Made by a program: the position numbers and the translations under genes. Positions 59,930 through 64,000 of a DNA stretch of 64,000 bases are shown one piece after another (within the stretch, counting starts at the first letter, position 1; every line of letters begins with the position of its first letter). This DNA is from Podarcis pityusensis (Eukaryota): the NCBI GenBank assembly GCA_964106645.2, contig OZ067050.1, one strand, 5' to 3'. The notes beneath the pieces were generated by a model, which ran no database searches, had not been told where the DNA came from, and saw nothing but the letters and a program-made list of their open reading frames with translations.

Positions 59930-62669
59930 TTCCTGCTGATGGTTCCCCTAAAAAAAAGTCCCTTTCCTGTTGGGACCAACTCCCCCTTTGGCTTCTGGTC
60001 TAGACAGGGTGGGGGGTATCCTTCTGATTCCAGATGGCTGGCTGCAGGGAGGCATTGGAGGAAAGGAGGCTCCCATAGTGTCTGGATTTTGTTTGCCCAT
60101 TGTTAGGCTAATGAAGCCTGTGTCTGGTGTCGAAGTAGCCCTTCTCCCAACAATAGGGGGCTAGGAAGAGCCCCAAGTTATTGGCAGGCCCTGCAAGCTG
60201 GTCCATTCTTTGTCAGCTAGCTTCCCCCACCCTCACTGTATTATGCCAAACCTTCCATATCTGGCTTTCCCTTCGGTGGCGGATGGCAGTCTCTGGTCCT
60301 TGCTTCAATAGGGAATATGGCAAGAGAGGAAGACGAGTGAGATGTGATTTAAAGAGCGGAACCATGGTACCAGTCTACTTGCCTCTTGAGGTATCCCAGC
60401 TGAAGATGGCCACTTGAGGAGAGGTTACTTCTACACCCCTAGTTAGATTTGGTATTTGAAAGGGGATATAGGTTTGCATGCATTTTACATGTGCATGCAG
60501 CAATTTGTCTGTCTGTCTGTCTATCTTATATCGTGCCATTACTCCCAAAGAGCTCAGAGCAGCAAACACGTCATGTGTGCGTGCGTGTGTTGCCACTATC
60601 TTCTGCCGATCAAATGCCTCGGTAAATTGGAATGTTTTAAAATTCCTTCTGAGAGTCTGGTTTCCTTTTTAGTTATGACTGCAGCATTGATAAAAAGATT
60701 GCAAACTTTCAGATGTCAAGACTCCTAAAAAAAGGAAAAGAAGTGCCAGACTCAGAAAAGAGTAAAATTATACACACACATTTTTCAGTTCTTGATTTTA
60801 TTCATGTTGGTGTCAAATTTCTAGGTGCCTGGCACAGCTAGGAGATTCATTCTCATTCTCTCTCTCTCAACACACCTATAAATACTATATAACAAAATAT
60901 CAGCCTGAGTACAAGGATAGAACAAATTGAAAAGCCCCCCCCCCCCCTTTGGACCAGATAGTCTTTAAAATATAGGAAATAAACTTTTGAGCTGCACAGA
61001 TTTCTTCTTCAGGTTTGGATATTTCAGAGCAGCTTTTTTTGTCTGTATCACTAATACATAGATTCTTTCCCCCACCTCCGAAATGAGCCAGCAGTGTGGC
61101 GGCTCCATCTTCCAAGCACTCTTCCCTATCCATGGTTGCCTCCCTGTATTCATTTTACCGACACAGGCTGTGGCTTTCCTTGAGGGCCTGGACATTCTCG
61201 GCAGGAGAGGGTGAGTCAGCAGGAACTTCTGGATCCTGGAAATGGCCGTGGGTCCAACACACAGGGAGAATTGCTGTGATTTGGACGGACTGTTGCTCTC
61301 ATTGACGGGGACTTTTGCCTGCATCCTCTTAATGAACCCTTTCGAAGACCGGTCCCTTCTCCTGTCTTGTCTTTTGTAGAAGTAGGAGGGGCTTGATGAT
61401 GGATCAGGGAGGTGACTGGGAAGGCAGTGGCCCAGGAATAGAGTCTTGACTATTTTCAGATTTCTGTTTTTCCCTCCTTCTTGGTCCTCCCTGCATTGGG
61501 TAGATAGCATTGCTTTAATCTGTCAGTTTTCTCCTTTGCATGCATTCGTCTTGTATGTCACAATCTGTTAACGGTGCCAGCATTTTTTGATACAAAGAAC
61601 ACAGGCAGTTTGGGGATGGTGTCAGCCAGTTTGCTTTCTGCTTTGTGTAGGACCCCTGTCCATTGGAGGCGCTGGGAGATGTGCTTTCTTTTCTCCCTCA
61701 TATGCTCTTCTCTACTCTCCCCCTCCTTTGCATTGCGAGATCAGTTCATAGCTGCAGCTAGTGTTGAGGGGATTGTGGAGGCTGCAACTTAGTGAAGCTT
61801 TCGTGGGCAAGATTTGGTGAGTGGGATTTACTCCCACTTAAGACAACTGTTTTTGGAGGCAGAGATTAGACAGTCTAGCTCAAACCAGGACCAGGGGAAT
61901 AAGTGTCCCTCTATTGTTTGGTGGCAAAGCCGTCTGCTCATGACTCACTACAGGCTGGTGGTGCAAGCTGACTTGGGGATAATCCTGGGTTGAGGTAGCA
62001 GGTGCTGTGTGCTAAACCATTAAGTTGGATTTTGTGTCCTTAGGAATCATGCTGATTTGCATAACTTTATTTTCTCATTCTTGCCACTTGGCATAACTTA
62101 TTCTGGCTTTGCTAGTCATGGAGGGTGCAAAGACCCCGAAACCCCATCCCCAAGCACTGAATCTTACTAATCGTGCTCTCTGCTGCTGAGATTTCAGCAG
62201 GCATTGTTACTATCAAGACACATAACCACAAGGGCTAGAAGCCTCTCCAGCGATAGGTTGCTTGTTAAAATAAAATAAAAAATGTGAAACTGATATTCTC
62301 GGTCATATTCAGAACTATATTCTGTGTTCTCTGCCTTGTCTCTGCTCTTCCAGAATCACAGCCCTGCTCTCTTTAATCTGTTTCAACTCAGTCTTTGGAT
62401 TTATTGCCGGGTTTTGTGCATGTCCCAGTTCTGTGGTAGGAGAAGCAATTGTGGAATTTGATGCTCGCTATGTGCAGCATCTTGAAAATCTCAGCTTTTC
62501 ATGTCATCTTAAAAAAACCCCCAAAACACCAAACCCTCTAGCATTTATGACGGTAGAAGCAAGCTTGAAAGTGTGTGTTCAGTGCCTGGTGAAGAAGCCA
62601 GAGAAGCGACTGAGCAGCAGATTCAGTTCTAGATGGGTAACGCTATGCGGTACATCAAAAACAACCGGG

Positions 62670-63255
62670 TGTCATGGACTGGCTAGAAAGAGAGGAGTGG
62701 TGGGAGGCACCAGTTGGGGAACCCCAAAGGGATGAAAGTTCAGAACCAGGGGATTGGTGGTGGGGCGACGGGAGGGAGGTGGTGGTCAGAGGGAGAAGAC
62801 TGTGGGGAGGAGGTGTCGGAAACTGAAGAGGTGACAGGGTTTAGTGAGCAGGAAGAGTCTTATAGCAGAAAGAAGTCCAGAATCAGAAGCAGCAGAGGAG
62901 GGAGGCCAAGAAGCAGAGATGAGTCAGGCTGGTGAAGAAACCAGAGTGTGTTCCCCTCCTGCTGCAAGAAGCTCCCCTCCTCCCTCGTCTCCCAGAACCA
63001 GGGGAGGTGTGAAGCAGGAGAAGCAAAGACAGGCATACCGGCATAGTCTCAGATTGCTTGGGAAGGACCTGGGAAAGGAGGAGACATACGCAGCTGTGGG
63101 AAGGTGGGGACCTTCAGTCTCCACAGCTGACTCATAGGGGCAAGACCTACCGAGAAACGTCGCTGTGCTCATTAGTTCTTGCACTCCTGAGCAGACTCTG
63201 CTTCTTCTAATAAAGAGTTAACTTCATGTGTTGTGTTGCTGGCTCGGTCCTGACA
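62670..63255 (+). mobile_element. Older solo LTR (~586 bp)
   Basis: TGTCA...TGACA termini; AATAAA at 63209-63214; flanks CCGGG / TCAGG could be a decayed 5-bp TSD. Confidence 0.7.
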
Positions 63256-63278
63256 TCAGGCCTTGTAGTAGCTTAAAT

Positions 63279-63457
63279 AAAGGTAAAGGTACCCCTGACC
63301 GTTAGGTCCAGTCACGGACGACTCTGGGGTTGTGCGCTCATCTCGCTCTATAGGCCGAGGGAACTGGCATTTGTCTGGAGACAGCTTCCGGGTCATGTGG
63401 CCAGCATGACTAAACCGCTTCTGGCGAACCAGAGCAGCGCACGGAGACGCCGTTACC
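63279..63457 (-). mobile_element. Sauria SINE 3' half
   Basis: aaaggtaaaggtacccctgacc...ttccgggtcatgtggccagcatgactaa is the reverse complement of ~59275-59450. Confidence 0.85.
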
Positions 63458-63469
63458 TAATCCAATATA

Positions 63470-63705
63470 CAGTGGTACCTTGGTTTAAGAACAGCTTAGT
63501 TTATGAACAACTTGGATTAAGAATGCTGCAAACCAGAACTAGGTGTTTTGGTTTGTGAACTTTGCCTTAGAAGCAGAACATGTTCCGCTTTCTGTTGAGT
63601 GTGTTCCATTTGTAAATTGAGTCCCCCACTGCTATGGGAAAGCACGTCTTGGTTTCAGAATGCTTTGGTTTAAGAACGGACTTCAGAATGGATTAACAAG
63701 GTAGC
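63470..63705. mobile_element. Tc1/mariner-type MITE related to 19400-19641
   Basis: TA|CAGTGGTACCTTGGTTTAAGAAC start and internal ttaagaacggac motif; right end decayed. Confidence 0.65.
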
Positions 63706-64000
63706 TTCAGGCAAGCCACTCTCTCTCTCAGCCCCAGTCCCTAATCTGCAGTGTGCGGGTGGTAAGTGTTGACTTGCCTTGCAGAGCTCTAGTATGGGTT
63801 GCAAGAAGATTAGATGCTTGAAGAGTTTGGGCATTATATGAACACTTAAATGCTCTTATTGGAAAGGAGAGGGGAATGCAGCAAAAGGGCCAGGGATTGG
63901 AAGCAGTCCAGTCACAATGCAGAAGGTTATTGTGGCACAGGGAGCTGGATATGGTGAGTGCTGCTGGCTGCCAGGGAAAGGGGAGAGAGAATGGTACACA

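Noticed and set aside
1-64000. CRISPR arrays, operons or other prokaryotic systems
   Set aside because: The sequence is intron-containing vertebrate DNA; recurring palindromes are dispersed MITEs, not repeat-spacer arrays.

Overview
This is vertebrate genomic DNA, not prokaryotic. Sauria SINEs and young CR1 elements point to a squamate, probably a lacertid lizard. The window holds a complete + strand UBTF gene (RNA polymerase I upstream binding factor, UBF): a CpG-island promoter (~500-3400), candidate non-coding first exons and 20 GT-AG coding exons (5096-39107). These splice into an intact 761-aa protein with a dimerisation domain, HMG boxes and an acidic tail, followed by a probably long 3' UTR. 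A second CpG island with a non-coding first exon lies at ~54050-54761. It may belong to ATXN7L3, but that rests only on recalled mammalian synteny, as no coding exon is visible. The rest is transposon-rich: CR1, L2, Sauria SINEs, hAT and Tc1/mariner MITEs, and two solo LTRs. Most long entries in the ORF track are artefacts of GC-rich sequence or repeats. The most notable observations are: (1) a degenerate duplicate of UBTF's first coding exon in intron 1 that keeps an ATG and a same-phase splice donor; (2) a 26-nt tailless U6 snRNA retrocopy with a perfect 16-bp TSD; (3) a solo LTR nested in the 3' tail of a very young CR1, with a ~205-codon acidic-then-basic ORF whose layout recurs in the second LTR; (4) a tail-to-tail inverted Sauria SINE pair. 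None is demonstrated to be a new biological system. Coordinates were counted by hand, and exon numbers follow the human convention (first coding exon = exon 2).
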